From assembly GCA_947632515.1 (NCBI GenBank), contig CANRPO010000003.1:82065-146064 (forward strand): 64,000 bases of DNA. Direction: 5' to 3'. The notes under the pieces are model-generated. The model was not told where the DNA came from and searched no databases. It worked only from the letters and a program-made list of their open reading frames with translations. This DNA comes from an uncultured Lachnospiraceae bacterium. Lineage in GTDB: Bacteria; Bacillota; Clostridia; Lachnospirales; Lachnospiraceae. The translations under genes and the position numbers were made by a program. Below, in pieces: positions 56,912 to 64,000 of the stretch. The first letter of the stretch is position 1. The number at the start of each line of letters is the position of its first letter.

Positions 56912-58312
56912 ATGAGCAGTATGAATTTGACGGACGTGAAAGAACTGTACCGCAATACCGCAGACTATCTCGACAGGGAAGTGACGGTGGGCGGCTGGGT
57001 GAGAAGTATTCGGGATTCCAAGACTTTTGGGTTCATCGTTGTAAATGACGGAACATTCTTTGAACCCCTCCAGGTGGTGTATGACAACTCGTTAGAAAAC
57101 TTTGAGGCGATCTCCAAGCTGAATGTGGGTTCCGCGATCGTCGCGCGGGGCAGGATCGTGGCTACGCCGCAGGCAAAACAGGCATTCGAGATGCAGGCGG
57201 CGCAGATCATGGTGGAGGGGGAATCCACGGCGGATTATCCTCTGCAGAAGAAGAGACACAGTTTCGAGTATCTGCGGACGATCTCACATCTCAGGCCGCG
57301 GACGAATACGTTTCAGGCGGTCTTTCGGGTGCGCTCCCTGATCGCCTACGCGATCCACACCTTTTTTCAGGAGAGAGGGTTCGTGTATGTGCATACGCCC
57401 ATCATCACAGGCAGCGACTGCGAGGGAGCGGGCGAGATGTTCCAGGTGACGACACTGGATCTGAATAACCTTCCGATGACTGAGGACGGACAGGTGGATT
57501 ACAGCCGGGACTTCTTTGGCAAGCCTGCCAATCTGACGGTCAGCGGCCAGCTCAATGTGGAGACATACGCCTTTGCCTTCAAGAACGTGTACACCTTCGG
57601 GCCCACGTTCCGCGCGGAAAATTCCAACACCACGAGGCATGCGGCGGAGTTCTGGATGATCGAGCCGGAGATCGCCTTCGCCGATCTGACAGACGATATG
57701 CTGCTGGCGGAGGCAATGCTCAAGCATGTGATCCGCTATGTGCTGGACAACGCGCCGGAGGAGATGGCCTTCTTCAATCAGTTTGTGGACAAGGGGCTGA
57801 TCGAGCGCCTGAACCATGTGCTGAACTCCGATTTCGCCCATGTGACCTACACGGACGCCATCGGGATCTTGGAGAAACACAATGACGAATTTGAATACAA
57901 GGTATCGTGGGGCTGCGATCTGCAGACGGAGCACGAGAGGTACCTGACGGAGCGGGAGTTTAAGCGGCCGGTCTTCGTCACCGACTACCCGAAGGAGATC
58001 AAGGCCTTCTATATGAAACTGAACGAGGACGGCAAAACTGTCGCGGCCATGGACTGTCTGGCGCCGGGGATCGGCGAGATCATCGGCGGCAGCCAGAGAG
58101 AGGACGACCTTGCGGCGCTGGAGAAGAGAATGGATGAATTGGGGCTGCACAAGGAGGATTATCAGTTCTATCTCGATCTGAGGAGATACGGCTCCGTGCG
58201 CCACGCGGGATTCGGCCTTGGATTTGAGAGATGCGTTATGTACCTGACGGGTATGGGCAACATCAGAGATGTGGTGCCTTTCCCGAGGACGGTCAACAAC
58301 TGCGAGCTCTGA
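56912..58312 (+). CDS. asnS: Asparagine--tRNA ligase
   Basis: [46 protein letters not shown]. Confidence 0.97.
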   Translation: MSSMNLTDVKELYRNTADYLDREVTVGGWVRSIRDSKTFGFIVVNDGTFFEPLQVVYDNSLENFEAISKLNVGSAIVARGRIVATPQAKQAFEMQAAQIMVEGESTADYPLQKKRHSFEYLRTISHLRPRTNTFQAVFRVRSLIAYAIHTFFQERGFVYVHTPIITGSDCEGAGEMFQVTTLDLNNLPMTEDGQVDYSRDFFGKPANLTVSGQLNVETYAFAFKNVYTFGPTFRAENSNTTRHAAEFWMIEPEIAFADLTDDMLLAEAMLKHVIRYVLDNAPEEMAFFNQFVDKGLIERLNHVLNSDFAHVTYTDAIGILEKHNDEFEYKVSWGCDLQTEHERYLTEREFKRPVFVTDYPKEIKAFYMKLNEDGKTVAAMDCLAPGIGEIIGGSQREDDLAALEKRMDELGLHKEDYQFYLDLRRYGSVRHAGFGLGFERCVMYLTGMGNIRDVVPFPRTVNNCEL

Positions 58313-58337
58313 TCGATTTGGAAAAGAGGCACGGAAG

Positions 58338-59582
58338 ATGAAGAGAAAATACAAACACGCGGTCGGCGCTGCGGCGGCTTTCATATGTTTTCTCTCAGTG
58401 GTAGATCCGGTATCGGCTACCACTATTTCCGGTCTGCAGCAGGATATTGAAAGAAATCAGGCGCAGCTGAAGGGCGTGAACAGCAAGATCTCCGGGTACG
58501 AGGGCGAGCAGGATGCCGTCGAGGAGGAGATCAACGATCTGGACGCGGAGATGGTCGCCCTGCTGACGGACATCAATCTCATAGAAGATGCAATCGGGGA
58601 CAAGGAGGAGGAGATCGCGCAGACGCAGGTGGAGTACGACGAGGCGGTGGCGGTGCAGGAAGAACAGTACGAGTCCATGAAGATCCGCATCCGGTTCATG
58701 TACGAGAGAGGCGACGCCTCCTATCTGGAGATGTTCTTCGGTTCCTCCGGCATGAGCGACATGATGAATAAGGCCAACTATGTGGAGGAACTCTACGAGT
58801 ATGACCGGAATCTGCTGGAAGAGTATAAAGCCGCCGTACAGCGGGTGGCACAGCTGCAGGACACGCTGGAGGAGGAGAAATCCGAACTGGAGACTTCCAA
58901 GACGGAGCTGGAAGAACAGCAGGACTATGTAGAGGAGGTCCTGGCGCAGAAGAAAAAAGAGTACGAGAACTATAATACGATGCTCGCCAAGGCGAAACAG
59001 GAGGCGGCGGCCTACACCGCCAAGATCAAGCAGGAGACGGCCCAGATCAAAAAGCTGGAGGAAGAGGAGCGCAAACGCAAAGAGGAGGAAGAGAGAAAGC
59101 GCAAGGAAGAGGAGGAGCGAAAAAGGCAGGAGGCGCTGTTGGCCGCTCAGGAGAGCGGAGAGGATGGAGAGAGCGCGGACGCCGGGCAGGAGCAGGAAGA
59201 TAAGAAAGAGGAGACGCCGAAACCCTCCTCCTCCGGCGGCGGCAAGGGGCAGCAGATCGCCGATTTCGCGTGCAAGTATATCGGCTGTCCGTACCGGGCG
59301 GGCGGCACCAGCCTGACGGAGGGCGCGGACTGCTCGGGATTCGTGATGGCGGTCTATCAGGCGTTCGGGTATTCGCTGCCGAGAAGTTCCTATGCGCAGT
59401 CCGGCGCGGGCAGGGAAGTGTCCTACTCTGACGCGCAGCCCGGCGACATCATCTACTATGGAGGCCATGTGGGTATCTACATAGGAAACGGGCAGATCGT
59501 CCACGCCAGCACGGAGCGCACCGGCATCAAGATCACGTCGGCGACCTACCGCAGCATCATCACGGTCAGACGGATCGTGTAG
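58338..59582 (+). CDS. Coiled-coil (CwlO-like) NlpC/P60 peptidoglycan endopeptidase
   Basis: Signal peptide, long coiled coil, PY..GG...DCSGFV, GHVGIY, HAS. Confidence 0.9.
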   Translation: MKRKYKHAVGAAAAFICFLSVVDPVSATTISGLQQDIERNQAQLKGVNSKISGYEGEQDAVEEEINDLDAEMVALLTDINLIEDAIGDKEEEIAQTQVEYDEAVAVQEEQYESMKIRIRFMYERGDASYLEMFFGSSGMSDMMNKANYVEELYEYDRNLLEEYKAAVQRVAQLQDTLEEEKSELETSKTELEEQQDYVEEVLAQKKKEYENYNTMLAKAKQEAAAYTAKIKQETAQIKKLEEEERKRKEEEERKRKEEEERKRQEALLAAQESGEDGESADAGQEQEDKKEETPKPSSSGGGKGQQIADFACKYIGCPYRAGGTSLTEGADCSGFVMAVYQAFGYSLPRSSYAQSGAGREVSYSDAQPGDIIYYGGHVGIYIGNGQIVHASTERTGIKITSATYRSIITVRRIV

Positions 59583-59719
59583 CGGGCCTGCGGAGAAGGG
59601 ATCAGGCATTTCACCCGGCACAGGCGGATGAGTGGAAGATGGCGGGTGATAAGAGACGATCTGATCGGGGCGCTGCGCGACGACACGATGCTGTGACGGA
59701 GCGGCCATGCCATATTTTT

Positions 59720-59756
59720 ACCCTCGGAGCCGTTGAACGGTTCCGGGGGTTCTTTA
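59720..59756 (+). terminator. Terminator hairpin
   Basis: ACCCTCGGAGCCGTT/AACGGTTCCGGGGGT + TCTTT. Confidence 0.65.
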
Positions 59757-59881
59757 TGCGAAAATTTGGCGGAAAGACTATCCTTTTGGGAGTCTGCACC
59801 GTTATAGTAGATGTATACGGTATATCATTGCGGCGGATCCGGCGTGTGGCCGGGCCCGTCCTGAGAGATGAGAGAGGAAGA

Positions 59882-60400
59882 ATGGATTCGGATTTTCTGC
59901 TGATACAGAAAATGAAAAGCGGGGACGAACATGCCATCGACGCGTTTGTGCGCAAATATTATCCGATGATTCTGCGCTACTGCCGTCTGCACATCGGCGA
60001 CCGCGGGGATGCGGAGGATATGACGCAGGAGACGTTTGAGCGGTTCTTTCGGAACTTTGACCGATACAGGCACTGCGGAAAGGCGGCGAACTATTTGTAT
60101 GTGATTGCGGCGAACGCGTGCAGGGACTATTACGGGAAACGGAATGCGCCTGCCATGGAACCGCCGCCGGACGAACCGGTATGCGAGGCGCAGGACATCG
60201 AGGGACGGCTCGACGCCCATGCCGCGCTGAACAGTCTGCCGCCGGAGCTGCGGGAGACGGCGGTCCTATTTTTCTGTCAGGAGCTGACCCAGAAGGAGAT
60301 CGCGCAGATTCTGGGTATCGGGATCCCGTTAGTGAAGTATCGGGTGCGGCGGGCGAGGGAACTGCTTGCCGCTTATCTGAGAGAGGAGGAAAGACCATGA
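59882..60400 (+). CDS. ECF RNA polymerase sigma factor
   Basis: DAEDMTQETF, YLYVIAANACRDY, LP...RE, EIAQILGI...VKYRV.RA. Confidence 0.92.
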   Translation: MDSDFLLIQKMKSGDEHAIDAFVRKYYPMILRYCRLHIGDRGDAEDMTQETFERFFRNFDRYRHCGKAANYLYVIAANACRDYYGKRNAPAMEPPPDEPVCEAQDIEGRLDAHAALNSLPPELRETAVLFFCQELTQKEIAQILGIGIPLVKYRVRRARELLAAYLREEERP

Positions 60401-61161
60401 AAAAATCGGACGCTGAGATACAAAGGCTGCTGCTCGGCGATCGGGACGCGGCTGCGCCTGCGGCGGAACAGAGACTCACGGAGGCGGCCATGGCCGCCCG
60501 GAAAGCGTTCTGCGCAAATGAGGCGCGGGGAGAGCTGACGCGGATGGAATTTCTGTGGCGGCAGTGCCGCTATATCCGCAAGCGGTGGTGGGCGCTGCAG
60601 GCGGCGGTGCTGCTTGGCCTGTGGGCTTTACTGGCGTTGGCGGGCACGGATTACGCGGTCAGGCGCAGCATGGGAGCGGCCGCGCCGCTGTTCGCGGTGC
60701 TGATTCTGCCGGAGCTTGGACGGAGCCGCAGGGCGGGCACGGCGGAGACGGAGTGTACGGCCCGCTATTCCCTGAGGCAAGTCTACGCGGCGAGACTCAC
60801 GCTCTATGCCATGGCGGATCTTTCGCTGTTGGGGCTGTTCACCGCAGCGGCGCGCACTGCGGCGCTGCCGATACAGGAGTTCGCGGTGCAGTTTTTTCTG
60901 CCCTTCAACGTGACCTGCGGCATCTGTTTCTGGACGATGTATGGCAGACGTCCGCAGACGGAACTTCTGGCGGGGCTGCTCTGCATGTTCTGGGCGGCGG
61001 CGTGGCTGGCGCTGGCGACTCAGGAGAAGGTTTATGACGCCGTCGCGGGGCCGATTTGGTATCTGTTGTCGGCGCTCTCCGCTCTGTTTTTGATCTGCGG
61101 TATTTACAGAGGACAGAAAACCTGCGACGGGATGTGGGAGGAGGAGATGCTGTGGAACTGA
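60397..61161 (+). CDS. Multi-TM protein, probable anti-sigma factor
   Basis: ATGA overlap with the sigma gene; about 6 TMs; E.E....YSL..VY.AR motif. Confidence 0.65.
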   Translation: MKKSDAEIQRLLLGDRDAAAPAAEQRLTEAAMAARKAFCANEARGELTRMEFLWRQCRYIRKRWWALQAAVLLGLWALLALAGTDYAVRRSMGAAAPLFAVLILPELGRSRRAGTAETECTARYSLRQVYAARLTLYAMADLSLLGLFTAAARTAALPIQEFAVQFFLPFNVTCGICFWTMYGRRPQTELLAGLLCMFWAAAWLALATQEKVYDAVAGPIWYLLSALSALFLICGIYRGQKTCDGMWEEEMLWN

Positions 61162-62039
61162 GAATGACCAATGTCACCAAAACGTTTCGGGACGTCAACG
61201 CGGTGGAGCATGTGTCCAAAACGCTGGAGAGCGGCGTGTACGGGCTGCTGGGGGTCAACGGCGCGGGCAAGACCACGCTCATGCGCATGCTGTGTACCCT
61301 CATAAGGCCGACCGGGGGAACGATCACCTGGGACGGAAACGATATTTTCGCGCTGGGCGGAGAGTACCGTAAGATGCTGGGGTATCTGCCGCAGGATTTC
61401 GGTTTTTATCCTGATTTTACCGTGCAGGATTATCTGTATTATATCGCCGCCATCAAAGGACTGCGCCCCACGACCGCGAGACAGCGGACGGACAGGCTGT
61501 TAGAGCAGGTGGGACTTTCCAAGGAGCGGAATCAGAAGATGAAAAAACTCTCCGGCGGTATGAAACGCCGCGTGGGGATTGCGCAGGCTATGCTGAACGA
61601 CCCGCGCATCCTGATCCTGGACGAGCCGACGGCGGGACTCGATCCCGGAGAGCGCATACGGTTCCGCAACCTCCTGAGCGAGCTGGCGCAGGACCGCATC
61701 GTGCTGCTGTCTACCCACATTGTCTCGGACGTGGAGTACATCGCAAACGAGATCCTGCTGATGAAGGACGGCCGCATCGTGTTGTCCGGCACATCGGAGG
61801 AACTGACCGCGGCCCTGCTGGAGAGCGTATGGATCTGTACGGCGCCGTCGGAGCAGGTCGGCGCGTATCTGCAAAACTATAAGGTCGCCAATGTCAAGAC
61901 ATTGCAGGGAAATGCACAGCTCCGCATCGTGTCCCCGGAGCCGCCCGCGAAGGACGCTGCGGCGGACATACCGACGCTGGAGGACGTATTCTTGTATTAT
62001 TTCGGAGAAAAGGCGGGTGAAGAAGATGTTTCGCTATGA
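61152..62039 (+). CDS. ABC transporter ATP-binding protein
   Basis: GVNGAGKTT, GYLPQ, LSGGMKRR, LDEPTAGLD, STHI, TLEDVFL. Confidence 0.95.
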   Translation: MELRMTNVTKTFRDVNAVEHVSKTLESGVYGLLGVNGAGKTTLMRMLCTLIRPTGGTITWDGNDIFALGGEYRKMLGYLPQDFGFYPDFTVQDYLYYIAAIKGLRPTTARQRTDRLLEQVGLSKERNQKMKKLSGGMKRRVGIAQAMLNDPRILILDEPTAGLDPGERIRFRNLLSELAQDRIVLLSTHIVSDVEYIANEILLMKDGRIVLSGTSEELTAALLESVWICTAPSEQVGAYLQNYKVANVKTLQGNAQLRIVSPEPPAKDAAADIPTLEDVFLYYFGEKAGEEDVSL

Positions 62040-63261
62040 GATCAAAAAAGTGTTCGCAAGGACGGGCGGCAAGGTCGCGCTCCTGCTGTTGGCGCTTGCT
62101 CTCGCGGCCGGGTGTTGGATGGCTGCGGACACTTACTATGTCAATGAGAACGGCGACAAGGAGTACGGCGCAGCCGCGGCGCACAGGCTGCGGGCGCTGC
62201 AGAAGGAGTGGAGCGGCACACTGGACGAGGAAAAGCTGCGGCTTGCCATCGGGGAGATCACCGCTCTCGCGGCCACGCCCCAAGCGCAGTCGCAGGATGT
62301 GAAGGAGAACAACATCGCCTTCGGCCGGGGACAGGCCACATACGGGATCCGCGGTCTGCTGAACGACGCCTTCGCCGTCGATTTTCAGACCAACGATTAC
62401 TACCGCGCGGAACACCTGACGCCTGCCATGGCGGGAGATTTCTATGCCAATCGGATCAGGCTTTTGCGGGAGTGGCTGACCGACGAGCGGGGCAACGCCT
62501 ACTACCGCTATTCCGACGCAGAGAAAGCCTATCTGCTCAGACAGTACGAGACGCTGGAGACGCCCTTTTCCTATGACTATACAAACGGCTGGACCAGGCT
62601 GTTCGAGTGGTATCCGTGGATCGCCATGTCTACCGTCATGATCCTGGGCTATCTGGTCTGCGGTATCTTCTCGGGGGAGTATCAGTTCCGCGCGGACGCC
62701 GTGTTTTTCGCGTCGCGCTACGGCAGGGATAAGGCGGTGGCGGCTAAGGTGCAGGCGGGGCTTGTTATCGTCACGGCGGTCTACTGGGCGATGGTCGGCC
62801 TGTACTCTGCCTACGTGCTGGCCTACTACGGTGCGGACGGCATCTCCTGCCCCGTGCAGGCGGCGAGTTCCTATTGGAAATGTCTTTATCACATCACGAT
62901 CGGGCAGATGTATGTGCTGGTCGTGACGGGCGGCTATATCGGCTGTCTCTTTATCTCGGGTCTGGTCATGTTTCTGTCCGCGAGCTGCAGATCGGCGGTG
63001 GCGGCGGTGATGACGCCCTTCGTGCTCATCTTTCTGCGCTCCTTCCTGGAGATGACAGACAGCAACGTCATAGAGAAAGCTATGGGACTGTGCCCCGATC
63101 TGCTCTTGCAGATGAACCGGACGCTGTGCCTTTTCAATCTGTATGAGCCGGGCGGAAAAGTCATAGGCGCGGTTCCCATCCTGTTCGCGCTGTACGGCGC
63201 GCTCACCGCGCTGCTCGTGCCGACGGTGTATAAGGCGTACCGAAAAGGGCGGGATTCCTGA
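62026..63261 (+). CDS. ABC-2-type permease with large extracellular loop
   Basis: YEIKKV, N-terminal TM, IFSGEY...S.YGR...K motif, five further TMs. Confidence 0.8.
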   Translation: MFRYEIKKVFARTGGKVALLLLALALAAGCWMAADTYYVNENGDKEYGAAAAHRLRALQKEWSGTLDEEKLRLAIGEITALAATPQAQSQDVKENNIAFGRGQATYGIRGLLNDAFAVDFQTNDYYRAEHLTPAMAGDFYANRIRLLREWLTDERGNAYYRYSDAEKAYLLRQYETLETPFSYDYTNGWTRLFEWYPWIAMSTVMILGYLVCGIFSGEYQFRADAVFFASRYGRDKAVAAKVQAGLVIVTAVYWAMVGLYSAYVLAYYGADGISCPVQAASSYWKCLYHITIGQMYVLVVTGGYIGCLFISGLVMFLSASCRSAVAAVMTPFVLIFLRSFLEMTDSNVIEKAMGLCPDLLLQMNRTLCLFNLYEPGGKVIGAVPILFALYGALTALLVPTVYKAYRKGRDS

Positions 63262-63350
63262 TGGCTTTTTTCGGGGAAAAAGGCTGAATATAACACAACA
63301 GAACGGAGTGCAACTCAAAGCCTCATTATAATATGACGTAAAAGGAATAT

Positions 63351-63365
63351 ACAACTTACCGTTGT
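63351..63365. promoter_or_regulatory. Palindromic candidate operator upstream of the XRE regulator
   Basis: ACAAC-N5-GTTGT; partial copy CACAAC-N5-GGAGTG at 63294-63310. Confidence 0.4.
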
Positions 63366-63414
63366 GAAATAATGATGTGGACAACGCGAACTATTTCACA
63401 AGAGGGTAAGGCGT

Positions 63415-63822
63415 ATGAAGGAGCTGCACGAGCTGATCAGAGATCTGCGCGAGGATCATGATCTGAAACAGAAACAGATTGCGGAATATTTAAACGTCTC
63501 GCAACAGACGTATTCCAACTATGAAAACGGACGCCGCGAGATCCCTGTAGGGGTGGTAGCTGCGCTGGCCGAATACTATAAGGTCAGTACGGATTATCTG
63601 CTGGGCGCGAATACCGGGTATCTCGGCAACACCAATCTCAGCAATCCCTATCTGGATAATATCACCATGCACGATGTGATGTACGATCTGCAGGGATTAC
63701 AGCGCGAGAACAGGAAAGAACTGATCAAGTTTGTAAATTATCTCAAAACCACGGAGCGGCATGAATCTGCCCGCTCGAGACGAAAAGAAAACAGGACGGG
63801 CAGAAAGTCCGGCATAGAGTGA
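63415..63822 (+). CDS. XRE-family HTH transcriptional regulator
   Basis: IRDLRED.DL.Q..IAEYLNVSQQTYSNYENG...YYKVSTDYLLG. Confidence 0.92.
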   Translation: MKELHELIRDLREDHDLKQKQIAEYLNVSQQTYSNYENGRREIPVGVVAALAEYYKVSTDYLLGANTGYLGNTNLSNPYLDNITMHDVMYDLQGLQRENRKELIKFVNYLKTTERHESARSRRKENRTGRKSGIE

Positions 63823-63835
63823 GAGGAAAGGCCAA

Positions 63836-64000
63836 TCATTTCAGAGCGTCGCTTAGACTCTTCGGGATCCCTCGCGGCCCTCTCACCGCATGGATCCCGT
63901 ACTTTTCGCCCAGCACATCAAAAGTAAACCGATCCGGCGCATAGCGTTTCAGCAGTTTTATCCGCATAAGGCTTGTCATATGGACATTCCCGTTATCGAA
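63836..64000 (-). CDS. 3' end of a gene running off the window, probably the C-terminus of an MmcQ/YjbR-family protein
   Basis: Open frame FDNGNVHMTSLMRIKLLKRY...YGIHAVRGPRGIPKSLSDALK*. Confidence 0.55.
   Translation of the reverse strand, partial: FDNGNVHMTSLMRIKLLKRYAPDRFTFDVLGEKYGIHAVRGPRGIPKSLSDALK

Overview
Mostly core-genome DNA from a GC-rich, spore-forming, probably motile Clostridia bacterium (Lachnospiraceae-like, inferred from gene content). Nearly all genes are on the + strand. Housekeeping genes are glgD (3' end), spoVG, pth, mfd, iscS, T-box/ileS, glgP, hflX, an aconitase-family hydratase, plsC, pyrC-pyrK-pyrD, ispE-gntR, murI and asnS. Sporulation genes are spoVT, spoIID, a spoIIQ-like gene, a sipL-like gene and a short spoIIR-like ORF, several with sigmaE/F/G-like promoters. 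Envelope-related modules are an alpha/beta-hydrolase-MurF-Ddl operon, a two-component system with an ABC transporter that has two FtsX-type permeases, a 1514-aa repeat-rich glucosaminidase, an NlpC/P60 hydrolase and an ECF sigma/anti-sigma/ABC operon. I saw no rRNA, tRNA, CRISPR array, transposase or integrase. The best leads are: (1) a 33-aa microprotein missing from the ORF track, with a LexA box inside its promoter; (2) engulfment-type genes that appear to have lost catalytic residues (SpoIID Glu->Ile, Zn-less SpoIIQ, a GH9-fold lipoprotein without its catalytic motifs, a C-terminal-only SpoIIR); (3) a Helicobacter/Campylobacter-type hydrolase-MurF-Ddl module lying between mfd and spoVT; (4) two orphan genes with sigma28-like promoters that may be flagellar export cargo; (5) a giant autolysin with two 33-bp repeat arrays and a cytoplasmic DWxxDxEW repeat tail; (6) a lone DUF6994/HNH-like gene. 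All family assignments come from motif recognition by eye, not database searches.
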